Below, one piece after another: positions 52,409-64,000 of a stretch of 64,000 nucleotides of DNA. The position numbers and the translations under genes are program-made. The first letter of the stretch is position 1, and each line of letters begins with the position of its first letter. This DNA comes from Octopus sinensis (lineage: Eukaryota): the NCBI RefSeq assembly GCF_006345805.1, contig NC_043000.1, forward strand, positions 59,272,001 to 59,336,000. The letters are read 5' to 3'. The notes beneath the pieces are model-generated. The model was not told the origin of the DNA, ran no database searches, and saw only the letters and a list, made by a program, of their open reading frames with translations.

Positions 52409-52599
52409 AATAACCTTTGCATTTGATTTTTTAATGTCTTTACCCCCATACTTTCGTGAGTTGAATTGAGCAAACACTACATGAGAGGGATTTTCTTTAA
52501 GTATTAGAAATAGTTTTAAAAAAGTTTTTTTAGCTACTATTTCTAATGAGTTCAGTATGTGGCAAAGTAATTTATTTTACTAAGCCCTTTTATATAATA

Positions 52600-52975
52600 C
52601 TAGCAGTATCGCCCGGCGTTGCTCAGGTTTGTAAGGGAAATAACTATAAAGCATTTTTAGAGAGTTATAGCCAAAAAATAGCAAAAAAATGGGAAAAAAA
52701 TGATGGTAAATTTTTTTTGAGAGTTAAAAAAGGTGGAGTTGCGTCCCCTAGACGGTCTGTGGTTTGGGTTTCTGATTCTCGACCCCATGTCGAATTTATC
52801 GATTTTTTCAGAACTGGGGGAACTTTTCAAATTTCGCTGCGTTAGTTTTGAATTATGACATTGGGCTATGCGTGTGTCAAGTTTCATCAGAATCGGTTGA
52901 AAGCCGTGGTCAGGGTGAGGGTACAAGCAAACAGACACACAGAAACACGCACAGACAAACTGCCGTTTATATAGA
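52600..52975 (-). mobile_element. Non-autonomous Helitron, 376 bp, both termini
   Basis: Minus strand A|TCTATATAAACGGC... to CCTGAGCAACGCCGGG-CGATACTG-CTAG|T, inserted in an AT target. Confidence 0.9.
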
Positions 52976-52980
52976 TATAT

Positions 52981-53058
<78 letters not shown>

Positions 53059-53059
53059 G

Positions 53060-53151
<92 letters not shown>

Positions 53152-53190
53152 GCATACATACATATATGTCTATGTATGTGTGTATATATA

Positions 53191-54103
53191 CAGGGTGCGT
53201 AAGATATTTGAGGACATACTTTTTTGGGATCATTGCTGCATCTTTTGGTAACACTGTATAATCTTTGTTTCAGAAAATAATAATGACAGACTTACTCGAG
53301 AAATGAGGAGGCATGCCGTTGTTGTGGTTATAAAGGCTGAGAATAGCGATTTAGAAATATCTCGATTTTTAAAAGCTGCCAGATCTTTCGTCTACAAAGT
53401 TTGTAAGGAGCTAGAGACTGAAGATGGAAACATATCACCAGTATCAAAGCATAAAAAGCATTCTAAACGCTCTGAAATAATTAGAAAACCTGTATTTATC
53501 CAGCAAGTTCAACAGACTATTGATTACAATACCGGAAATTCCATGAGGCCAATTACAAAAGATCTCCATGTGTCAGAAGGAAAAGACATAAATATTGTCC
53601 ACGAAGACTTCAGATATAAGTTTTATATGATGAGGAAAGGTCAATTTGTCAGAAAAGGCCAAAGAATATCACTACATCAGATCTAAAAGGCTCTTAAACA
53701 AACTGAAAAATCCAACAGAAGATTTGATTTGATTTTTCTCAAACGAAAAAAACTTTGACCGAGATCAAAAGGTTAACAGAAGAAATGACAGATGGTCATG
53801 TGCAGACCCTTCTGAAGTCCCAAGTGTTAGGCTTATAAAATTTCCTGCAGTTGTCATGGTTTTAGGGGTTGTCAGCAGTGAAGGACATGTTATGCCTCCT
53901 TACTTCTTTCTACAAGGCCTACATTGAGGTCCTGAAAATAATTGTTAAGCCCTGGATAGACAGTATATACAACAGAAAGCCATATGTGTTTCAGTAAGAC
54001 TCTGCACTATCACACATGGCTCTAGTAATACAAGATTGGGTAGCTGAAAATTTTCATGATCACATAACCCCTAACATATGGCCTAATTCCCTAGATCTCA
54101 ACT
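53191..54103 (+). mobile_element. 3'-truncated maT (DD37D-type) transposon
   Basis: TA|CAGGGTGCG terminus. FFSNEKNF, VMVLGVVSSEG, FQ*DSALSH and WPNSLDLN motifs. Confidence 0.88.
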
Positions 54104-55774
54104 CGTTCCCTCTCTATCTCAACATCCAATCTCCTCATTCTACATCGAGTGAAAAACGGGATGGACGCTTCGATTTTGTTTTGGTGCCTCGCTCTGTTGT
54201 ACACGACTATGAGGATTTGCATCCCCAACGTAAAACTTATAATGTAATACATGTCCTTGGAGTAGTAATTGTACGCGGCTGAAGAAGGCTATTGACATAC
54301 AAATTACATCAATTATGCATTGATATAAACCGTCTAATAAAAGCCAGAAACATATGTACCGCTAAATCCTTTGCATCATGTTTTTATTTTGATAAATATA
54401 CTCTATCACCTACACCACTAAATGGCATATACAGGTGCTTACAATTATCAAGTATTCACCCTGAATTTTATGTATATATATATATATATATATCATTGTT
54501 CAGTTTTATTTCAAGATTTCTTGCCAATAGAGAAAGAGCCAGTTTCTAACCTAGATTCAAGGTTCCTTCATTAGAATTACAATATCAGCAACAGGGTATT
54601 TTTGTATGTATGTATGTATGTATCGAGAGAGAGAGGGGAAGAGAGATATACATACATGGGCTACGTCAGTGACATGCATTTGCATAGAAGCATTATCGCA
54701 TGTATATCGCCTATCTTCTCATTGTGACATGTTACTTGCCTTTCTGCTCGAATTTATAACTTAATAATATAGTCGCTGGTAGCAACTCAAATTGTGCAAT
54801 GGTAGCATAGTTAGATTGCTCTTTCAGTTGACTTATTATGCAATGAAATTTATTAAATCATTATTCCACGGCCTTCGTGGTTGTGCGGTACATCTAGTAC
54901 ATAACCTGAAGATAATCACGCTTCTTCCATCAATTCCTTAGCTGATAATAAAGCGATATACTAATACGGCTTATGCAGGTGTCGATATACAGCTGGGGAA
55001 CTAAAGACAGATTACTCAACTCGTTATATACAAAGGTAATTCAAATCACAAATCTGTTTTTCTACATTCTTTAATCAGTGCTTTGCCGTTTCATTGTTTT
55101 TCAAATCTCTCTACTCCGTTATTTTCATCTCTGATAAAAGTATGCTTTGGAGTGGAAAGAAAGTAAGAAAATATGGAATCTATTTATTACTAGTTGCTGC
55201 ACAGATTGAATTTTTTCTTTCGGTACTGTATCTTTTTTTTTTTTTTTTTTTTAGAAAATTTTACTGAAAGCGATAACTTGTTCGTTTTCAACTAATTATG
55301 CAAAGGTGGTTGGTCAGATAAAATTTCGAAAGAAATTCTCGATATTCTTCTAACTTTCAAATTAGTGCGTTCTCGATGTCTGTTTATTCTAAAATTGTTT
55401 TGCTGCATCTGCTTTATTTTGCTTGCTTGTTTACTAGTTTTGTTTTCAGACTTCCAGTAATTTCTGTTTTCATTAAATAAGTCACGCGAGGATAAAACTT
55501 CAGTTAAAAACAAGAACCAAATTATTAAGTACAAATACAGAATTAATTCTTTCAATAAAAATACATCGATTTTCTTAGAATTTTCTGAAAAGAAAAAAAG
55601 TGAAAAAGTTCATATAACACACACATGCGCGCGCATATATATATAAGCGTAAAGAAACGTATCTTTTTAGTAATTTAAATAAACAATAGAACCACTTCAA
55701 GCGTTAGTTCGTTGGAAATAGTTTTCTGTGACTAATTCAAATAATATTAATAATAATCCTTTTTACTGAAGTCA

Positions 55775-55978
55775 CAAGGTCTGAAATTTTGAGGGCGTGG
55801 ACTAGTCGATCGCGTTGACCCCAGTGTTTCACTAGTAGTTAATTTATCGATCCCGAAAGGATGGAAGGTAAAGTCAACCTCGACGGAATTTGAACTCAGA
55901 ACGTAAAGACGGACGAAATACTGCTCAGCATTTTCCCCGGCGCACTAACGATTCTGTCAGTTCGCCGCCATAATAATA

Positions 55979-56021
<43 letters not shown>

Positions 56022-56790
56022 TTTGACATAGGGCCAGAAACCTCTAGGCAGAGGATAAGTCGATTACACCAACCCAGCTGGTACTTATTTCTTCGACCCC
56101 GAAAGGATGAAAGGCAAAGTCGACCTCGGTGGAATTTGAACTCAGAACGTAAAGACGGACGAAATGTTGCAAAGCATTTTCTCTGGCGTACTAACGATTC
56201 TGCCAGTTCGCCGCCCAAATGACAATAATAATCTTTTTTCCTATAGGCACAAGGCACCTCAAATTCTGGCAGGGGGGCTAAGTCGATTACATCGACCCCA
56301 GTTTTCAACTGTTACTCATTTTATCGCTCCCGAATGGATGAAAGGCAAAGTCGACTTCGGTGGAATTTGAACTCAGAACGTAAAGACGGACGAAATGTCG
56401 GTAAGCATTTTGCCTGGCGTGCTAATGTTTCTGCCAGCTCGCCGCCTTACATGATATTGATAATAATCCTTTCTACTAAAGGCACAAACCTTGAAATTTG
56501 TGGAGAGCAGACTAGTCGATTATATCGACCCCAGTGTTTTACCTGTACAAAATATCTATTTCTTTACTACCCACAAGGGGCTAAACACAGAGAGGACAAA
56601 CAAGGACAGACAAACGGATTAAGTCGATTACATCGACCCCAGTGCTTAACTGGTACTTAATTTATCGACCCCGAAAGAATGAAAGGCAATGTCGACCTGG
56701 GCGGAATTTGAACTCAGAACGTAACGGCAGACGAAATACCGCAAAGCATTTTGTCAGGTGTACTAACGATTGTGTTAGCTCACCCCGTTG
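55775..56790 (-). mobile_element. Cluster of four or more type B SINE copies separated by (TAA)n
   Basis: Repeated GGATGAAAGGCAAAGTCGAC..GGAATTTGAACTCAGAACG blocks at about 55860, 56105, 56336 and 56680. Confidence 0.92.
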
Positions 56791-56791
56791 C

Positions 56792-56848
<57 letters not shown>

Positions 56849-56868
56849 TGGTAACTAGGAGTGTTTGG

Positions 56869-57489
56869 GGATCTTTTCCTTTTGAACGGCAGTTTGTAAC
56901 ATAATTTCTAGGTAACTAAAAAGTTTTAAACTTCGTATACTGGTAGAATATGTTTATAAAACATCATTTTCTCTTGGTTTTATTGAGAAAATTCTATAGT
57001 TTGTAAGATATTTCGTCTGAAAATCCGAGCATTTCGGCAATTTTAACCAATCGATTACCTCCATTGAACTATACGTATACGGAAAGCGTGTGTTACGGAA
57101 AGCGTGTGTATAAAATTATAGAATTATTTTGTTTGTTAATTGTTTAAATTATTTTCCATTGCTTTAGTTTTTTTCTACACGCGTAACAATTAAATTAATT
57201 TAACAATTAAGAAAAAAAAAATTAGGGTTAGGGTTAGGGTTAGGGGGAGGTTTAGGGTTAGTGACAGGATGTTGTCTCAGTTTTAGACGCAGCAAATGAT
57301 TTTAGCTCAAAAGAGAGCATAGGATTGGTTAAAATTCGAAAAATTAAACTACGTAAAACAAACAAATTACAATTTTATCAAGAAAGCCAAGAGAAAAAAA
57401 TGTTTTATTTTGACGCATTCTACCAGTATACGAAGTTTTAAAGTGTTTAGTTAACTAGAAATTGTCTGCCGTTCAAAGGGAAAAGATCC
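56869..57489. mobile_element. Merlin-like non-autonomous long-TIR element with (TTAGGG)n inside
   Basis: Termini GGATCTTTTCC...GGAAAAGATCC, imperfect TIRs of about 180 bp, 8-bp flanks GTGTTTGG and GTGTTTTG (7 of 8 match), TTAGGG repeats at 57222-57260. Confidence 0.8.
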
Positions 57490-59017
57490 GTGTTTTGTTC
57501 TTATGCATATACAATAATGTGACCGTCTGCTGAAATGGATTTTCTAGTCATTGTTAATTTGGCACGCTATTTCTAGTCACTCTTTTATCCCAGTTATCTC
57601 TATTATTATTTGTCTGCTATTTCTAGACGAAGCCTTTTATTTACTTTTCCTTATAAAAGATCACTGTGAATTTTTAGTTCTTTGAACGATTTTCGACATT
57701 TTTCAGGTGTTCCAGGCGTTTCACTTAAGAGGATCTATAATTTTAAATTTCTTTTTCGTGAAAGAAAATAGATTAATACGCCAAACTTTGATTAAAATTA
57801 TTCTTAACTCAGCTAGATCCGACAGCTTTCTACAGTCAACAATATACATTATTTCTGTTCAGTATATAGACACATAACCAATGTTATGTAGAAGGGGATT
57901 GTATCGTAATGTTGACTCCCAATTATACATTGGTTTTTGGTTATTTTCTAGTTCTTTTTCTCAATATTTTTATCTATACCCGGATATGTCTCCAATAGTA
58001 ATAACACTTTGCTAGAGTGGACCATGGTGCCCCATATATGACTAAAAGATTTCACCAGGTGGTGCTATTAAGTTAGACATGGCCGAAACCTGTATAAGCT
58101 ATCTAGAAGTATTTAATCTCTTATTTGAGAAACAAAAAGAATCGGTGATGTGATAGTAATATACAAATTTTGCTATTAGCGATGGAAGCTTATTTGTTCA
58201 AACTAGCATTTCGTTATCTTATTTAATGGGGATATACTACAGAAAGTCAGAAAACCGCGGTATTCGTCTTGAAAAAAAAAACAAAAACAAAGAACATCTC
58301 GTATAGGCATATAGTGTTAAAAAGCACAGAAGTAAATTAGTGGCAGACGAAAAGCGTCTAGCGGCGGCGCTAGAATTCCTAAATCCATATTCCTCTTCTT
58401 TGAGCCTCATCATTAGCAAGTATCCACTAGCAGTCTCATGTTTAAGCAAATTTAGACTTTGCTGATATAGAAAAACAGTGATTAAAGGATCACGGGTATC
58501 GCAAGTAGCCGGCAGGGTAAGTAAAAGCTTGTTATTAGCGAAAGAAGCAATATTAGTTCGAAATAGTGGATACTTGTTACAGGTGACGTTCGATGAAGCA
58601 GAAATCTGGAAATTCTACCGCTGTTAATAGAGTTTTCCCGACTGCTACAGATATACCTCTACGCTTTTCAGCACTATACGTATATACGAGATGTTTTCAC
58701 GAGATGAATATCGCTATTTTCTGGTCTTCTACATGCTAAAAAAGATTTACAGAATGCTATGCAAAATTTTACTAAAGAATCAACAACCATATCTACAGTT
58801 AATTTTCAATACCTCAAGTTATTAACTAACATTGTTATTTTTATTCCAACCCTTTTCTAATACGATAGACAAATTATTATAGCGCTGCAATACGATTATA
58901 TTATTTACGATATGAAATGCAAATACTAAACAGATCATAAACTGTAACTGTGTGATTTGTCAGCAGTTATAAAGAATTGAAATTTAAGCCGAAAACTTTT
59001 AAAGAAGAAAACCATGT

Positions 59018-59877
59018 GGATCTTTTCCTTTTGAACGGCATATGTCAACACAATTTCTAGTTAACTAAACACTTTTAAACTTCGTATACTGGTAGAATGT
59101 GTTTATAAAACATCATTTTTTCTTGGCTTTATTAAGAAAATTCTATATGTTGTAACATATTTCCACTTTAAAATCGAGCATTTCGGCAATTTTAGCCAAT
59201 CAAATACGTCCATTTGGGGTGAAAACATACCGTGCTGTATGAATATGCCCCTCGTTTAAGAAACAGATTGGGTTTATTTACATTTGCGAAGAAAAAAAGA
59301 TACCCTTCCCCACCCCTAACCCTAACCCCACCCATAACCTCACCCCTAACCCTAACCCTAACTCTAACTAAACCTAACTCTAAAATAGATTGAAATGCAA
59401 TAGATCGATACTAGGGTCATAATTATGGGTTTCAATTTCATACGACACCGCTACGGAAAATGGGATTTTTTTTATAGCGGTGTCAAATGAAATTGTCACC
59501 CATAATTATAACCCTAGTATCGATCTATTGCATTTCAATCTATTTTAGGGTTAGGTTTAGAGTTATGGTTAGGGTTAGGGGTGGGGGGAAGGTATCTTTT
59601 TTTCTTCGCAAATGTAAATAAACCCAATTTGTTTCTTAAACGATGGGCATATTCATACAGCACGGTATGTTTTCACTCCAAATGGACGTATTTGATTGGT
59701 TAAAATTGCCGGAATGCTCGATTTTAAAGTGGAAATATGTCACAAACTATAGAATTTTCTCAATAATGCCAAGAAAAAATGATGTTTTATAAACACATTC
59801 TATCAGTATACGAAGTTTAAAAGTGTTTAGTTAACTAGAAATTGTGTTGACATATGCCGTTCAAAAGGAAAAGATCC
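59018..59877. mobile_element. Merlin-like 860-bp fold-back element with telomeric repeats in both arms
   Basis: Same termini as 56869-57489. Arms of about 410 bp around a ~20-bp spacer. Perfect 8-bp TSD AACCATGT (59010-59017 and 59878-59885). Confidence 0.88.
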
Positions 59878-60078
59878 AACCATGTTACTTATATAACAAG
59901 TTTGGCGGTAGATATGTACACCTTACAAAACCTCGTTGTATTCTACATACTAGTTATAAATTTACTATTGAGTCTAACTTTCTAAACAAAATATACTCTT
60001 CATTATTCGTATTATAACACCAACACTAATTACAGTAGTGTTTTTAAACTCCTTTTATCAGCTATATATACATAATAA

Positions 60079-60635
60079 GCGAAATGCTTAGCGGTATTTC
60101 GTCTCCCGTTACGTTCTGAGTTTAAATTCCGCCGAGTTCGACTTTGCCTTTCATCCTTTCGGGGTCGATTAAATAAGTAACAGTTACGCACTGGGGTCGA
60201 TATAATCGACTTAATCCGTTTGTCTGTCCCTGTTTGTCCTCTCTGTCTTTAGCCCCTAGTGGATAGTAAAGAAACAGGTATTTCATCTCCCGTTACATTC
60301 TGAGTTCAAATTCTGCCGAGGTCGACTTTGCCTTTCATCCTTTCGGGGTCGATAAATTATGTACCAGTTAAGTACTAGGGTCGATGTAATCGACTTAATC
60401 CGTTTGTCTGTCCTTGTTTGTCTCCTCTATGTTTAGCCCCTTGTGGGTAATAAAGAAATAAGTATTTCGTCTGTTTTTACGTTCTGAGTTCGAATCCCGC
60501 CGAGGTCGACTTTACCTTTCATCCCTTCGGGGTCGATAAATTATGTACCAGTTGCGTACTGGGGTTGATCTAATCGACTGGCTCCCTCCCCCAAAATTTC
60601 GGGCCTTGTACCTAGAGTAGAAAAGCATAATAAGC
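60079..60635 (+). mobile_element. Type B SINE trimer, 184-bp period
   Basis: GTATTTC(G/A)TCT recurs at 60094, 60278 and 60462. Confidence 0.92.
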
Positions 60636-61099
60636 AAAAGAAATTTACTAGTTCTTTTCTTCTCAAAGCATAAATAGACGATTACAATATTTCATCATAC
60701 GAAATACAATAAGTATTTTAGTTCCCTAGTTTATTATTTTCAACTCTCTACATGAAAAAATTTGTTATATTTTAGAATTTGGAAAATTTTCAGTGTTTTA
60801 AAATATAGAGGGCTCTGTAATTCTTTAGCTACAATTGCTATGGCCGTCTTTTTGTAATATAAAAACAAGTTTAACTCAATAGAGTGTGCAATTATAACAG
60901 TATAGTTGAAAGTGGGAAGAATAAGAATTTTTTCAATGATATTTGGTGATTTTGACTGCCCTTGTAATTTGAGGCGCAGGCTGAAGGATGGCAACTGATT
61001 TCCAAGCGCCTTCGAAGTCAGTATGGATTCTTTTTCTGTAACTGCGATCACATTTGGGTACTGTCTTCAAATCACCCTATTCTTATTACGACCAGTAAT

Positions 61100-61141
<42 letters not shown>

Positions 61142-62274
61142 CGAATCACTTGGTCACATTGTTTGGCACAATATTCGTTTCAAGCATACACATACACGAG
61201 TTTCTGCCAACCGAATTCCGCTCACAAGGTAGTGGTCAATGAAGAGACTACAGTAGAAAACACATCATAAAATACCGTGCAGTGTGTTCGAGCCCGGGAA
61301 CATGTGGTTGCGAAGCGAATTTCTAAATCACTTGGCTACACATATATTTTTAATATTAGAAAATATTTGGGATTTTTCAAATCTTGTATAGTGTCGTTGT
61401 CTGTACCACCATAACCACTTTGCTTTCACTTTAAAACAATTAAATAAATTCTTATTAAATTTACTTTCCATTAATCTCTTCAGGTCCAGAATGCAAATGC
61501 TCAATTTCATAGTAATTTGTAAAATGGGCTTTCTCCCCAAAGACCATGTGTTTATTGTTGTGGCTCTTAGCAAATTTACATTTTTATGTCTGAAGGTATT
61601 GGTGTAAATTCAATTGGCTACCAACACAGAAATCAGTCAACATGACTATACCAAGAGAATTTGCTAATTGACGGATTGTTCATGGTACTAACTAATTAGA
61701 AAAACCAGCAGTGGGTGTTGTAACAATAAAAGTGTCACAGAAAGTCATAATCCGAATGTAGACTAATCGATACCTTTGTTATTTTTTAAGTATGTTCTTT
61801 ATTTAGAGACTTGGACTTAACTGACAGTCGTGATACTTGAACAGCAGAAAAAGATATTCTAGCTTTGTAAAATGTCTGTGTTGCTTAATGCTAAATTGCA
61901 TATTTGTTCTGGGAATTTCTACGTGCTGCGTAACAATTTTTGACATTAAAAGTATGCAAAATGTACCATTGACTTAGTAGTGTTATAAAAATGTTGTAAT
62001 TCAGCTGCCAATGAAGACACTGACGTCACAAGTAATTAAGCTTGGAGTATAGCACATAATTTGATTAATTTAGCCTCAAGTCCTCCACGATAGACCAGAT
62101 CGAGTCTATTGGTTTGTTACTAGTACTTGTTTTTATCGCAAGGAATAATTTCTGAAACATTTTCAAGATATGTTTTTTAGTTGTCAAAATAAGCATTAAG
62201 CTCGCCCGCTACAATTTTTTTTTTACTCATGTTTCATTGCAAAAGAAGCCGACAAGATCCAATAGTGAAATATA

Positions 62275-63514
62275 TTGAGTTGGTAAGACAGTAATTTCGT
62301 TTTTTGCTAATAGATAGAGTTACGATTTTTTTTGAATGACTTTTATCTATGTTATGATTTTTTTCCTTTTGACATTTGATAACCATTATCTGTTAGCTTA
62401 CTTTAGAAGCAAATCGCGCGTAATTTTGTTTACAGCTGTTAGTTTAGTATCAATTTTAACATGGAGCACAAAAACGAATATTTTCACCATATATTGCTTT
62501 TTTATTTCCGTAAAGGCTAGAAAGCTGCTGAAGCTCACAATGAGATATGTGAAGTTTATGGCGTTGATTGCTTAGAGCACACATGTCAGAAATGGTTTTA
62601 AAAATTCCGTTCTGGAATTCCGTTCTGGAATACAAAGCCATAATCAAATCTGATTGTCATATAATTGTGCGAGAGATTGCAGGGAGGTTAAATTCATCAC
62701 ACACAACAATTGAAAATCACTTAAAATTTCTTGGACTCGTTAAGAAGCTCGATATTTCGGTTCCACATAAATTGAAAGAGATTCACTTAACACAACGAAT
62801 CAATATTTGCGATATGCTTCTCAAATGCAATGAAATTAACCTTTTCTTGAAACGAATCATCACTGGCGATGGAAAATGGATTGTCTATAACATCAATCGA
62901 AAACGATCATGGTCCAAGCTTAATGAACCAGCACAAACCACATCGAAAGCTGAATTGCATCAAAAAAAGGTCATGCTGTCAATTTGGTGGGATTACAAAG
63001 GTGTTGCGTATTTTGAACTGATTCTAAGAAACCAAATTATCAATTCAGATGTTTACTGTCAAATGCTAATGAAACTGAAGGAAGTAATCAAAGAAAAACA
63101 GCCAGAATTGGCAAATCGTAAAGGAATCGTATTCCACCATGACAACGCTAGACCACAGACGTCTTTGCTAACTAGTGAAAAATTATTGGAGCTTGGTTGG
63201 GAAGTGATGTCACATCCACCATATAGCCCTGCCCTTGCATCATCAAATTACCATTTATTTCGAAGTTTGCAAAATTCTTTGAATGGTAAAACCTTCAATA
63301 ATGATGATGACTTAAAATCGTACTTGCTTCAGTTTTAGGCTTATAAGGACCAGAAATTCTGTGAGCACGGAATCATGAATTTGCCAGAAAGATGGCAAGA
63401 AGTCATCGAACAAAATGGAAAATATATAATTGATTGAAGTTCATTCATTGTATGAAAAAAAAATTGACTTTTATTTCACACTAAAAAACCGAAATTACTT
63501 TCTTGCCAACCCGG
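62275..63514 (+). mobile_element. Near full-length mariner (mellifera-like), inactive
   Basis: ~30-bp TIRs with TA flanks at 62273-62274 and 63515-63516. Transposase from ATG 62461 with stops and a small deletion. ITGDGKW, HHDNARP and YSPALASSNYHLF show the third catalytic Asp changed to Asn. Confidence 0.96.
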
Positions 63515-64000
63515 TATTTTGGAAAGTAAAATATTCTGACATCAATAAAAGCAATGAAGGAGTTAACGAAAGCTAATGCAAAATGGACGTTTTCAACCAC
63601 ACATTACATGTAATTACAGACACATGCTATTGGTACAAAAAAAATCAACATTAAAAAAGGAAAACCCACTAAAGAGTGAATTTTCGGTGCTACTTTGGTA
63701 TGCGATCTACGTAACCAACGTGATATACAAGAGTCAAATTCTACTTTAGTATGCGATCTACATGTTTCATTTATTTATCATGGCTTAAATAAAACATTCT
63801 TACATGTTTATACATTTGTTTCAAAAATTAAAATGAGACATTTTGAAACGAGTTTACTAATGCTAGAAGAGTAAAAAATAAATAATTAAAATTTTTATAC
63901 GATAACGATAAACGTCGCCCTTTTCAGGCCCGGTTTCTGTAGCGTATGTGTTCCCCCCCAGCTGGACGGGACGTCAGTCCATCGCAGCGTTACTCAAGAA

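Larger units (their letters stand above)
50725..52598. mobile_element. Tandem plus inverted array of a ~560-bp hammerhead-containing unit (candidate non-LTR retrozyme or PLE terminal-repeat concatemer)
   Basis: Units start at 50725, 51283 and 51734. Segment 51814-52598 is the reverse complement of about 50824-51608. Flanked by (TA)n on the left and a Helitron plus (TA)n on the right. Confidence 0.85.

Noticed and set aside
58250-58600. Possible plus-strand first exon with donor CAGG|GTAAGT at 58517
   Set aside because: Only a splice-like motif and a few CpGs, with no linked coding exon in the window.
60200-60280. Twister or other ribozyme in the 184-bp SINE linker
   Set aside because: The partial resemblance (CCCACAAGGGG-CTAAA-CACAGAG) lacks the matching 5' P1/P2 strands.
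55775-60635. CRISPR-like array from recurring SINE blocks
   Set aside because: Eukaryotic SINE copies with tRNA boxes and long diverged units. No short repeats with unique spacers and no cas genes.

Overview
AT-rich, microsatellite-dense animal genomic DNA. The SINE, mariner and Penelope families look like those of an octopus or other cephalopod (inference, no search run). The only host coding sequence I can support is one minus-strand exon (16205-16727) encoding the N-terminus and hormone-binding domain of a class B1 (secretin-family) GPCR. The rest is intron or intergenic DNA filled with decayed mobile elements: RTE and CR1 LINEs, about eight Penelope-like (PLE) remnants, four mariners, a Tc1, a maT, Helitrons, Merlin-like foldbacks with telomeric repeats, and many tRNA-derived SINEs. 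The most notable signal is a set of hammerhead ribozyme (HHR) motifs. It includes a ~560-bp tandem-plus-inverted array at 50725-52598 with three intact type I hammerheads, a candidate non-LTR retrozyme able to release a 560-nt circular RNA. It also includes a PLE family whose terminal repeat carries a tRNA-like Pol III promoter upstream of a hammerhead, and several fold-back junctions that fall inside hammerhead motifs. Most ORFs in the supplied track are microsatellite artefacts. Boundaries of decayed elements are approximate.
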